DNA of 52,361 nucleotides from a virus (taxonomy: Duplodnaviria; Caudoviricetes). Positions 16,561-25,266 of this stretch are shown one piece after another (within the stretch, counting starts at the first letter, position 1; every line of letters begins with the position of its first letter). Below the pieces are notes generated by a model, which was given only the letters and a program-made list of their open reading frames with translations, had not been told where the DNA came from and searched no databases. The DNA lies in IMG/VR virus record IMGVR_UViG_3300025309_000439, positions 1 to 52,361 of that record; one strand, given 5' to 3'. The position numbers and the translations under genes are program-made.

Positions 16561-18512
16561 GGGAACAACTGATAAATGCGCTATTCGGCGGCGTGATCCG
16601 TGCCGAGGTCGAGAAGTCGTCCAAACAGATAATCTCGTATGTCACCGGCCTGCCCGCCACCGGCGACGGCATCCTGCCAGATATCGACTTTGAGATTTTC
16701 AACCAGATGTACGAGCAGACCTCCTGGGTCCGCGCCGTAGTCGGGGTTATCTGCAAGGCTGTAACTGCCCGAGGCTATTCGCTGGCACCCGCAAAGGTTA
16801 ATGCCGACCCAAAGAATGCTGAAACTCTGCAGGAGTTCTTTGCCAACTGTAATCCCAACGATACCCTGCTGGAGATACTGGACGATATAGCTCGCGACGT
16901 TTATGTGTTTGGGAATGCGTTTCTTGAAGTGGTTTATGGCCCGGACGGCAAACCACGCGAGTTGTGGAACCTCGACGCGACCAGCATACGGGTAAAAGCA
17001 GACGAGCACGGTTCCATTACAGGTTACATCCAGGTCCCGCGGAACCAGCCGGGAAAGGTCGAATTTAAAACCAGAGAGGTTATTCACTTCAAACTGGGAA
17101 CCAAGGGGGCTACCCTATACGGCCTTTCCCCGCTGGCTTCGCTGATACTGCCGGTGACGGTGGACAAATACGCCCAGATATACAACCGGGCGTTCTTCCT
17201 GAACGGCGCGAAAATCCGGGGCGCGTTCATCATGAAAGACGCGACACCGGAGCAGGTGGACCGCAACCGTGACTACATGGCGGCCCGCGCCAAGAATCCG
17301 GATATGGCGCACTCAGACCTCGTGCTGGAGGGCGACATCGAGTTCAAACAGATAAGCACGACCCAGAAGGACATGGAGTTTCTGGAACTCAGGGAGTTCA
17401 CCCGGAACGAGATCCTGGCCGTTTATGGTGTGCCGCCGAGCAAGGTCTCTATAATCGAGACCGGCAATATCGGCAGCGGCAGCGGCGAGCAGCAGACGGC
17501 GACGTTTTACGATGAGACTATTTCGCCCTTCCAGATGCGGCTGGCGGAGAAAATCACAAAGCACGTCATCCGGCAGGGCTTCGGCATCTCGGACTGGTCG
17601 TTCCAGTTTAATAAGCGGGCGATAGACGAAAAAGACCAGGCCGAAATATTTAACATCTACCTGCAAAACGGCGTTTTCAGCCCGGATGAGGTCCGCAGGA
17701 TTGTAGCGCCACGAATGCCGGAGATGCAGAAATCGCTGAACCCGCGCGAGACTATCGCCAACGCCACCCGTGCCGTAGTTGCCCTTGAGAACAGGTTTGT
17801 TGACGCGGTAAGGGCCATCTTCCGCAAGATAGGCGACGTGGTGAAGGCAAAACTGCCGGGCCTGAAACGCGAAGGCGACCTGGAGGTCCTGCTCCAGCTG
17901 GTGGACAAGGACAAGGTCGCCAGGACCATAGAACGGTTCGCCCTGGAATCCGCATATAAGGGGCTGGAACTATCGGCACAGCGGGCCGGGCTTGAGGGCA
18001 TTGAGGACTTAAGCCATGCGGCACATGAGAAACTCAAAACCGAGGCCTCAGCGCTGGCCGATGACCTGACGCGCGGCATGGTGGACCGGCTCCGGGAGGA
18101 ACTGTCGGCCGGCATCAGGGCAAATGAGACCATCCCGCAGCTTATAAAGCGCATTGATACCTGGGTCGGCAGCCAGACTATCACGATAAAGCCGGTTCTG
18201 GATGCCGATGGAAATATCATCAGAGCCGCCAGCAGCCGGGTAATTGGCAAGAATGTGCTGGCCGAAGTGATAGCCCGCACGGAGGCCAACCGGGCCTATA
18301 ACGCCGGGAATTTGGACGCGCTCAAGCAGGCTGGCGTTGAAAACGTGCAATGGCTACTGGCCTCGGACGCCTGTAAAGAATGCGCCGAGTTGGCTGAAGT
18401 TGCGCCCGGAGAGAAGCTCGGCAAGATTATGGCGCTGGATGATGCACAGGACATGCTGCCCGCGCATCCAAATTGCCGATGCACATGGGTTACAGTACTG
18501 GAGGAAAAATGA
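16551..18512 (+). CDS. Portal protein fused to a MuF/SPP1 gp7-like head morphogenesis domain
   Basis: Portal motifs FGNAF, EVIHF, YGLSP, YGVPP, DEVR; C-terminal IARTE...C..C...HPNCRC. Confidence 0.93.
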   Translation: MGIREQLINALFGGVIRAEVEKSSKQIISYVTGLPATGDGILPDIDFEIFNQMYEQTSWVRAVVGVICKAVTARGYSLAPAKVNADPKNAETLQEFFANCNPNDTLLEILDDIARDVYVFGNAFLEVVYGPDGKPRELWNLDATSIRVKADEHGSITGYIQVPRNQPGKVEFKTREVIHFKLGTKGATLYGLSPLASLILPVTVDKYAQIYNRAFFLNGAKIRGAFIMKDATPEQVDRNRDYMAARAKNPDMAHSDLVLEGDIEFKQISTTQKDMEFLELREFTRNEILAVYGVPPSKVSIIETGNIGSGSGEQQTATFYDETISPFQMRLAEKITKHVIRQGFGISDWSFQFNKRAIDEKDQAEIFNIYLQNGVFSPDEVRRIVAPRMPEMQKSLNPRETIANATRAVVALENRFVDAVRAIFRKIGDVVKAKLPGLKREGDLEVLLQLVDKDKVARTIERFALESAYKGLELSAQRAGLEGIEDLSHAAHEKLKTEASALADDLTRGMVDRLREELSAGIRANETIPQLIKRIDTWVGSQTITIKPVLDADGNIIRAASSRVIGKNVLAEVIARTEANRAYNAGNLDALKQAGVENVQWLLASDACKECAELAEVAPGEKLGKIMALDDAQDMLPAHPNCRCTWVTVLEEK

Positions 18513-20503
18513 GCACTGAAACGATGAAGATTGATTTTGCGGACTACGGACAATTGTTCCGCTCGGACCCAGCCAAACTGCCGGACCAAGACCTGCTGGC
18601 AATGGATTTCATTCTGCACAGGGCATGGGCCATGCTGCAGGCGGGACATAAGGTGTTTGATGAAAAGACGAACTGGGACGCGCAGGATATTCTGGTTCTG
18701 CATGTCATAGTCCTCCAAGAGATGAGCCGCCGGGCCTTTCAGCATACGATACAGGACAATTTGCAGGAACAAACCCTGGCTATTATAGCTGACGAAACCG
18801 ACGTGGAAGCTGAGGAGGATGCCGAGAAGGGTGTGCGGCAGGCCTTCGGCTCCTACGGTGGCAAGCGCTTCCTGGCTCACCGCATCGCCTCGTATATCCC
18901 CCACCACCGCACATATGTCGAACCGTTCGCGGGCGGGGCCGCCGTTCTCTACGCCAAAGACCCGTCGCCGCAGGAAGCATTGAATGACCGCGACGCGGAA
19001 ATAGCCTTCATGCACAAATTCATCCGCGACCACAGCCAGGAGGACACGAACGCTCTCGCAAAGCGGGAGTGGACAATCCTCAGGGAGACCCACGAACGGC
19101 TTAAGGCTATGAAGCCGGAAACGGATCGGGACAGGTTCTATAAAGCGTTCTATCTCACACGATCCTCTTACGGCAAAATGCGCGGCGGCTCATTTAATCC
19201 CGCTAACGAGGGCGTAAAAATAGACTTTCCGAACACAGTAGAACGCGCTCAGGAGCGCCTGCGCAACGTGGCGGTCAGCAATAAAGACTACCTGCAAGTC
19301 CTGAAGGAGTATGACAGCCCAGACACGTTCTTCTATATGGACCCGCCATATCCGGACAAGTTCAACCTCTTCGATTTCGGCTTCAAGGAGGAAGAATTTC
19401 TGAAAGCTGTTAAAGCCCTCAAGGCAAAATGGATTGTCTCATACCCATCGGAACATGCCAAGGTTTTCAAAGGCTATCACGTCTATATCGTGAAGCGCCG
19501 GAACCAGATGCGGGGCCCGGGCGGCAACAAGGAGTGGGTTACAGAAATGATGGCCTCCAATTTTCCCTTGAAGCCGGTGCATCTCTACATAGAAAAGGAT
19601 GCATTGCCGGAGCCGGAGTCAATAAACCAAATACCAGAGATTTTCCCCCATTTGGTTGATCCATTGGAGAAGATACGCGGCGCGTTCAAAAGTCCGGGCG
19701 GCAAATACCGGCTATATAAGAAAATCATCTCCCTCATCCCGGAGCATAAAACTTTCGTAGAAGGATTCTGCGGCGGCGCACAAGTGTTTTTCCACAAGAA
19801 GCAGTCGGACACGGAGGTGATGAACGACATCAACTCTGACCTCATATTCGCATACCGCTTCATCAAAGGCATGTCGCCGGAGGATTTGGCCTGGCTTAAG
19901 AAACAAAACTGGATAATCTCCAAGGCGCACGCAAAGAAGGTGTTTGAATCTGTGCCCAAAACGCCCAGAGAACATTTTTACCGTGTGGCATATCTGAATA
20001 AGGCCACATACTGGGGCCGGACCGACGTGATGGAAGGCGTCCGGAATCACGGCTCAAGCGGCGAAGGGATGCCGATAAGGCTCGTAGACCATCTGCCGGA
20101 AATACAGGAGCGCCTCAAAAGCACAAGACTTCATTCGTGGGACTGGAAAGAGGTTATAAAGGAATACGACTCGGACAACACCTTCTTTTACTTGGACCCG
20201 CCCTATCCTCTCCACTGGCCCAAGGAAGGCGGCAAGCATGGCTCAAAATTCTTCAAGGAAGAAGATCTAGTCCCGACACTCAAAAGCATAAAGGGCAGAT
20301 TCCTCTTGAGCTATGAGCTGGAAAAGATAGGGCTGTTCAAGGGATTTAAGACGTACCGCATCAAGACATTATGGACGGGAGTGCATCACATGGGAGCAAG
20401 GAAGAAGTATGAATTGTTAGTGGCGAACTATCAAGTCATGCCGATGGACATCTATTTGGAGAAATTGGCACAGACTAGTGTAATGGAGACACACCCAAAA
20501 TAG
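18509..20503 (+). CDS. Protein with two tandem Dam/D12-class N6-adenine methyltransferase domains and an N-terminal helical domain
   Basis: YGGK..EPFAGG..DPPY and PGGK..EGFCGG..DPPY; the ATG at 18509 overlaps the portal stop. Confidence 0.92.
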   Translation: MSTETMKIDFADYGQLFRSDPAKLPDQDLLAMDFILHRAWAMLQAGHKVFDEKTNWDAQDILVLHVIVLQEMSRRAFQHTIQDNLQEQTLAIIADETDVEAEEDAEKGVRQAFGSYGGKRFLAHRIASYIPHHRTYVEPFAGGAAVLYAKDPSPQEALNDRDAEIAFMHKFIRDHSQEDTNALAKREWTILRETHERLKAMKPETDRDRFYKAFYLTRSSYGKMRGGSFNPANEGVKIDFPNTVERAQERLRNVAVSNKDYLQVLKEYDSPDTFFYMDPPYPDKFNLFDFGFKEEEFLKAVKALKAKWIVSYPSEHAKVFKGYHVYIVKRRNQMRGPGGNKEWVTEMMASNFPLKPVHLYIEKDALPEPESINQIPEIFPHLVDPLEKIRGAFKSPGGKYRLYKKIISLIPEHKTFVEGFCGGAQVFFHKKQSDTEVMNDINSDLIFAYRFIKGMSPEDLAWLKKQNWIISKAHAKKVFESVPKTPREHFYRVAYLNKATYWGRTDVMEGVRNHGSSGEGMPIRLVDHLPEIQERLKSTRLHSWDWKEVIKEYDSDNTFFYLDPPYPLHWPKEGGKHGSKFFKEEDLVPTLKSIKGRFLLSYELEKIGLFKGFKTYRIKTLWTGVHHMGARKKYELLVANYQVMPMDIYLEKLAQTSVMETHPK

Positions 20504-20984
20504 AATAATTCTCTAAATACTTTTGCGCCGAAATATATTCACCAACCGATTTCGCATCACTCATTTTTTCATTTGCTGGTTTTGCATTTAACGCGAACTT
20601 ATAGCTATCGCTTTTGGAAAATCCCTTTTTGCGATAAAAGTATTTTAAGGCATCAGCAACGATGCCTGCAGGGAACACATACACATCAGGGTGTGGTTTG
20701 GCGGTTAAATCCACACAACACACCCACCTACGCTCTAGTGAAATAACATCATACTGCGGATTAGCATACTTCTTTTGAAGCGCCCATCTTCTGGGATACG
20801 ACGCGGTCGATTTCACCTCTATAAAAGCATTGTTGCCATTTTTGTCAAAGACCAAGAGATCGTAGCCGATAGTTGCGCCCCATTGCAATGACACCATGTA
20901 TCCGCGCTGAGTCAATCGTGATGCGACAAGGAACTCACCTGCAAGTCGACTTAGATTTTTTCGCTCGTTGGATATCTTTTTCAT
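20475..20984 (-). CDS. PD-(D/E)XK endonuclease-like protein (cassette gene 3)
   Basis: GEFLVASRL..RGY, YDLLV, IEVKST motifs; AT-rich. Confidence 0.8.
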   Translation of the reverse strand: MKKISNERKNLSRLAGEFLVASRLTQRGYMVSLQWGATIGYDLLVFDKNGNNAFIEVKSTASYPRRWALQKKYANPQYDVISLERRWVCCVDLTAKPHPDVYVFPAGIVADALKYFYRKKGFSKSDSYKFALNAKPANEKMSDAKSVGEYISAQKYLENYSILGVSPLH

Positions 20985-20987
20985 GGA

Positions 20988-21491
20988 TTACTCACACAGT
21001 GAAATCTGCTTTAAAAGCTCATCAAGAAGTTCATTAAAGTCCTGGTTAAAATCTATCTCCGCACCAGGCTCAACATAAAGCCAGGTTTTGCCTGCGCAGT
21101 GGAAATATTTAATGCGTGATTTTGATAAGTGAGGGGTGTATTTCTTAACGCTTTCAGGTCCGGTATTTATTCCAGCATAAAATATAGCTGGCAGGCTTAG
21201 TTTATATGGCTCCCACCATACTCCGATTTCAATTATGACTTCTTGTTTGATATTCTTAAATTTCCCATACAGCAGGGCATACGACCAATAGCCATACCCC
21301 GTTCCCTTTCCAGTGTCATTATCAAACGCGGTCCGTTTCTGTGATGGAGTGAAACTTTTCCAGTCTGTGCGATCTCTTAACACTTGCTCAATACGTCTCG
21401 GCATTTCTGCCTGAAACCTTTCCAATGTGACAAGAGCATCGATGTAACACCCAACCCCTTCTTTAAGGAATTCCTCGTGTGTTTGGTTCAT
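20988..21491 (-). CDS. Hypothetical protein (cassette gene 2)
   Basis: 167 aa; ATGA overlap with gene 1; AT-rich. Confidence 0.75.
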   Translation of the reverse strand: MNQTHEEFLKEGVGCYIDALVTLERFQAEMPRRIEQVLRDRTDWKSFTPSQKRTAFDNDTGKGTGYGYWSYALLYGKFKNIKQEVIIEIGVWWEPYKLSLPAIFYAGINTGPESVKKYTPHLSKSRIKYFHCAGKTWLYVEPGAEIDFNQDFNELLDELLKQISLCE

Positions 21492-22312
21492 TTCATTAGT
21501 CCTTGCTCCAGAATTTCCATCATTTTACCTATCCCACTATATTGTTTAGGCAACTTTCCGGCTTTAGGTATTACCGGAAAACCCAAGATCTTTTGTTCAA
21601 TCGATCCGCAAAAACCATGCGCATAGGAACACCATCTTAAATCCTCTTTTTGACGCAGTATGGCTTTTCGAAGCGCAATAGTCACGTCCTCCCAAAATAC
21701 TTCCTGAATTTTAATAACCCCTTGGACAGTACCCACACATTCTTCCCATAACTCGCGTGATTCGCGAGGGATTAATATATAGTCGGACCAACAATGAGAA
21801 CTACTATCCGAGTGTTTTCCATGCAACTCCGAAGCAGTACTAAAAGTTTTCAAAAAGCTCTCATCCCATAATTTAACTTCTAAATGCGTGGAGTGGCCTT
21901 CATCCCAATGTATGACCATATCGGCGCGATGCGTCTCTGTAGATTCCTCTCTGATTACTTCAGGATGATGATATGGATTGTTCTGTATTTCCAATTGCGG
22001 AAACAACTCAGCGGCAAAACCGACGTCTCGAGAAGTTTGTAGCAAATATCCCAGCCAATCAGACCACGCCTCTTCGCGACTTAACCGCAGTGGTCTCAGA
22101 CTTTCAGAATTGATCCGACAGGGATCTCCCCCATATCTCTCAAACACACTATCCCATTGGGTTAACAAGTCTGGCAATTTGGAGTAATCCTGCTCAAAAC
22201 ACTGCAATCCGAGTAATCTAAATCTTTTTGTGGCATCCCAGTCCTTCGACTTAGAAGGGCCCAATATCGCTTGCCAGTTTTTAAATACTTTCCATTGTGG
22301 GACTACTTTCAT
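21488..22312 (-). CDS. PD-(D/E)XK nuclease superfamily protein (cassette gene 1)
   Basis: EEAWSDWLGYLL, EVIREE...RADMVI...HLEVK motifs; extended -10 TGTTAAAAT and GGGG RBS upstream. Confidence 0.8.
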   Translation of the reverse strand: MKVVPQWKVFKNWQAILGPSKSKDWDATKRFRLLGLQCFEQDYSKLPDLLTQWDSVFERYGGDPCRINSESLRPLRLSREEAWSDWLGYLLQTSRDVGFAAELFPQLEIQNNPYHHPEVIREESTETHRADMVIHWDEGHSTHLEVKLWDESFLKTFSTASELHGKHSDSSSHCWSDYILIPRESRELWEECVGTVQGVIKIQEVFWEDVTIALRKAILRQKEDLRWCSYAHGFCGSIEQKILGFPVIPKAGKLPKQYSGIGKMMEILEQGLMK

Positions 22313-22353
22313 AACCGATTTCCCCTTTAGCAGATTTTAACATTTTGACTATG

Positions 22354-22403
22354 CAAACTGTTTAAACAGTTTTATGGACAAACGCAAGCCGATGCATTAG
22401 AAT
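22354..22403 (+). promoter_or_regulatory. Palindromic operator (copy 2) followed by a sigma70-like promoter for the head operon
   Basis: Perfect 18-bp palindrome AAACTGTTTAAACAGTTT, then TGGACA-17-TAGAAT. Confidence 0.72.
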
Positions 22404-22409
22404 TTATAT

Positions 22410-22586
22410 ATGCCAGAAATGCAGGCGCCGGAAACACTGGAGTCTAAATTTGAGGAGCTTACAGCACAGCTCCGCCGGGAGCGTTTCTACGGCACACTCG
22501 AGGTCCACTATCAAGATGGCCAGCTTGTGCGTGTAAAGAAGCACGAAACTGTCCTCGTAAAGGACATGCGCAGTTTGCGGGAATAA
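22410..22586 (+). CDS. Small DUF2292/YezD-like protein (58 aa, absent from the ORF track), probably leaderless
   Basis: MPEMQAPETLESKFEELTAQLRRERFYGTLEVHYQDGQLVRVKKHETVLV...; the YG.LE...QDG....V...E pattern; ATG 7 nt after the -10 box. Confidence 0.7.
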   Translation: MPEMQAPETLESKFEELTAQLRRERFYGTLEVHYQDGQLVRVKKHETVLVKDMRSLRE

Positions 22587-22612
22587 TTTTTTAGCGCTGT
22601 CGAACTGAGTCG

Positions 22613-22658
22613 AAGCGTTGTTGGTCCCAGTAGCATCGGGACCGGCAACGCTTTTTTT
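22613..22658 (+). terminator. Strong intrinsic terminator/attenuator before the prohead protease gene
   Basis: AAGCGTTGTTGGTCCC/GGGACCGGCAACGCTT stem followed by a T run. Confidence 0.8.
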
Positions 22659-22671
22659 GTTTTGGGTAATC

Positions 22672-23688
22672 ATGAAGAACGAGAACACACTGCAGGAAAA
22701 AGTCGGGTTCAATTTCCCGGTACAGGTATTGAAATATGCCGAGGAGGCTGGCGAGTTCCACGTGGTGGGCTATGCTGCCACGAGCGATTTCGACTTGCAG
22801 GGTGACATCATCACCGAGGAGGCCTTGAAAGCCTCATCGCTGGACCTGCTGAAAAACTCCACCGTACTGCTCAACCACGACATGAAGCTGCCCATCGGCA
22901 AAGTTACCAAGGTCGAATTCGACCAGCATGGCCTCTTGATAGACGCGCTTATTTCAAAGACCGAGCAGGACATCATCCAGAAAATCAAGGAAGGCGTCCT
23001 CAACAAGTTTTCGATTCGCGGACAGGTGCTGGAACGGGAAAGACAGTTCTCCCCGGAACACGACCGCATGGTCAACATAATCCAGCGCATGAGCCTGGTT
23101 GAAGTGTCGCTCGTATCGGTCCCGGCAAACCCGGAGGCAAAGGCTATCGGCTGGTATATAGCGAAAGCCCTTGACGAAACAGAAGAACAAGGAGGCAAAA
23201 CAATGCCAGATGAAGTGATCATAGAGGAATTACCGGCGCAGGACGCAAATCCCGCGCCGCCGCCTGCCGCCGAGCCGCCTGCCGCACCGGCCCCGGAAGA
23301 AAAGCCCAAGCCCGCCGACGCGGTCGCGCAGGTGCAGGCGCAGAAACCGGCTGAGATCCAGAAATCGGATGTCGGCGGACTGCTGGATAAGCTGATAACC
23401 ATCGGCGGCCAATCCGGTGTTATCGCGCAGCAGCTTAAAACGCTGCTCAAACCGCCCACCGCAGAACCGGCCCCGGCGGCAGTCAAGCCGGTCGAACCGG
23501 CAGACCTGGCCAAACTTATCGCAGGTGAGGTCGCCAAGCAGCTGGAGTCCGCGCTAAAAGCGGTTCCCACCCTGCGCAAAGGACTTGTCCAGCCGGATAA
23601 CGAGGCCGATGAAATCAGGAAGCAGTTCGACAGCCTGCCACCCGAGAAAAAGCTCCGGGCGGTACTGGCGGTTCGGGACAACAAATAG
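22672..23688 (+). CDS. HK97-type prohead protease with C-terminal scaffold region
   Basis: GYAAT..D.QGD, LLNHD, FSIRG, EVSLVSVPANP motifs; Pro/Ala-rich C-terminus. Confidence 0.93.
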   Translation: MKNENTLQEKVGFNFPVQVLKYAEEAGEFHVVGYAATSDFDLQGDIITEEALKASSLDLLKNSTVLLNHDMKLPIGKVTKVEFDQHGLLIDALISKTEQDIIQKIKEGVLNKFSIRGQVLERERQFSPEHDRMVNIIQRMSLVEVSLVSVPANPEAKAIGWYIAKALDETEEQGGKTMPDEVIIEELPAQDANPAPPPAAEPPAAPAPEEKPKPADAVAQVQAQKPAEIQKSDVGGLLDKLITIGGQSGVIAQQLKTLLKPPTAEPAPAAVKPVEPADLAKLIAGEVAKQLESALKAVPTLRKGLVQPDNEADEIRKQFDSLPPEKKLRAVLAVRDNK

Positions 23689-23700
23689 GAGGAACACAGA

Positions 23701-24603
23701 ATGAATGATTTGGAACAGCTCAAAAAGGCGTTAGACATGGCAAACGCGGGCGGTGCGCTCCAGCAGCCCATGGTGGACAAGGTGCTGCAGGAACTCATCG
23801 AGGTCAACAACCCGCTGCGTGTGAACCTGCCCCGCAAGCCGGGCTCCGGCTCCGCGTGGATACTGAACCAGCGCACCTCAAGAGGCGCGGGCGCCAGTTT
23901 CGTGAACGACAGCGAGGAACCCACGGAAACGCAGGGCAGCGTCGCGCAGAAGACGTTCCCTTATGCGAGCATTCTGGACCGCCGCAAGATTACCCGCAAA
24001 CTCCAGGCAGTAGGCAAAAGTATGCTGGATGTGGAGGCAGAGGAAGTCGAGAACGGCCTGCAGAACGTGCGGGATACCGAAGAAAACGCCCTAATCAACG
24101 GGGATGCTTCTATCAACAACAAGCAGTTCAACGGCATCCGTAAGCTTATCCCAAGCGGCCAGGTGGCGATTGCCGGGGCAAACGGCGCACCGCTGACCCT
24201 TGAACTGCTGGATGCGGCCATAGACCTCAACCGGGGCAATCCCAACATGATCATCATGTCGAAAAAAGCCAACCGCAAGCTGAACGGGCTTCTGCAGGCC
24301 CAGCAGCGGTTCACGGACACGATGGAGGTCAAAGGCGGATTCCGGGTACAGAGCTACAACGGCATCCCGATCTTCCGGTCCATCTGGATATCGGACGCGC
24401 AGACGCAGGGCACCGCCACCAACTGCACAGACATCTTCGTGCTGGACACCTCCTCCGTCTGGATAGGCGAGCTAACGCCGCTGAAAATGCTCCGGCTGGC
24501 GCAGAAGTCCTCGCAGGGCAGCGAGTTCGACATCTTCGAGGATATCACGCTGGTTCTGGCCAATGACATCAAAGCGTCCCGGCTGGCCGGTGTGACACTG
24601 TAA
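23701..24603 (+). CDS. Major capsid protein (HK97 fold)
   Basis: ENALINGD..FNGI motif; directly after the protease; strong GGAGG RBS. Confidence 0.9.
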   Translation: MNDLEQLKKALDMANAGGALQQPMVDKVLQELIEVNNPLRVNLPRKPGSGSAWILNQRTSRGAGASFVNDSEEPTETQGSVAQKTFPYASILDRRKITRKLQAVGKSMLDVEAEEVENGLQNVRDTEENALINGDASINNKQFNGIRKLIPSGQVAIAGANGAPLTLELLDAAIDLNRGNPNMIIMSKKANRKLNGLLQAQQRFTDTMEVKGGFRVQSYNGIPIFRSIWISDAQTQGTATNCTDIFVLDTSSVWIGELTPLKMLRLAQKSSQGSEFDIFEDITLVLANDIKASRLAGVTL

Positions 24604-24612
24604 GGAGGCCGG

Positions 24613-24825
24613 ATGTTCAGACTTAAAAAACTGCATCCCCCGTTCGGGACCAAGGAAGCGCCGGTTATCGAAGCCTCCTATGCCGAAGGCACGGTCGAAG
24701 TCGTAGACGGCCTGTGCAAGGTAAAACTGCCGGAAACAAGGGACCGACTGCTTAAAACCGGCTATGTAGAGCTTACCACGGAGAAACCCGCACAGCCGAA
24801 CGGGAAAGGCAGGAAAAGGAGGTGA
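24613..24825 (+). CDS. Small head-associated hypothetical protein
   Basis: 70 aa; AGGAGG RBS; follows the capsid gene. Confidence 0.7.
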   Translation: MFRLKKLHPPFGTKEAPVIEASYAEGTVEVVDGLCKVKLPETRDRLLKTGYVELTTEKPAQPNGKGRKRR

Positions 24826-25257
24826 GTGCCCGTGGCGCATCCGTTCCCCTTACCACCGCCGCCCAATTTCAGGGTGGCGCAGGTCGAGCCGACGCATATC
24901 CGGCTGACATGGTCGGACTACCCGCCGGAGTTTATCGCCAACCGGCGATTACGCGGCTTCCGGCTCTATAAATCAGCCGTGGCTGGCGAGCTTGGCAGGC
25001 GCATAGCGGACGAATCAACGTTGAGCAACGGGGTTTATCAGTATGACGATAATGAGGCTGATGCTGGTTTTGATAGGTTTTACATTCTGGTAGCGGTTGA
25101 GGACACCGGCTGGGGCAACGGCACATATGGCATCGGCCCCTATGGCCAGCCAGATGCAGGCGGGTTCGATTTGATGCCGTATAACTCCCGGCCTTGGGGA
25201 GCGCCAGTCAGAGGATTCGGTGAAGCGCCATTTGGCGCAGAAGCATTTGGATTTTGA
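24826..25257 (+). CDS. Fibronectin type III-like structural protein with an aromatic-Gly repeat tail
   Basis: PPNF...LTWS...GFRLY...YILVAV FN3 pattern; WG/YG/FG..P repeats at the C-terminus. Confidence 0.7.
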   Translation: MPVAHPFPLPPPPNFRVAQVEPTHIRLTWSDYPPEFIANRRLRGFRLYKSAVAGELGRRIADESTLSNGVYQYDDNEADAGFDRFYILVAVEDTGWGNGTYGIGPYGQPDAGGFDLMPYNSRPWGAPVRGFGEAPFGAEAFGF

Positions 25258-25266
25258 GGAACTTAC

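Noticed and set aside
17715-17729. Peptide MPEMQ occurs both at the portal/MuF junction and at the start of the 58-aa ORF at 22410
   Set aside because: Only five residues with different codons and no flanking similarity; probably chance.
16551-18512. MuF polymorphic toxin
   Set aside because: The ORF ends right after HPNCRC with no toxin extension; portal-MuF fusions are already known.
22354-22372. CTGT...ACAG palindrome as a LexA/SOS box
   Set aside because: The spacer is 4 bp, not the 8 bp of the gammaproteobacterial CTGT-N8-ACAG box; kept as an unknown operator.
22770-23924. Long antisense ORFs (384 aa here; also 6976-7818, 14355-15107, 18296-19093, 32866-33612)
   Set aside because: Shadows of well-supported genes on the opposite strand in GC-rich DNA, with no motifs or RBS.
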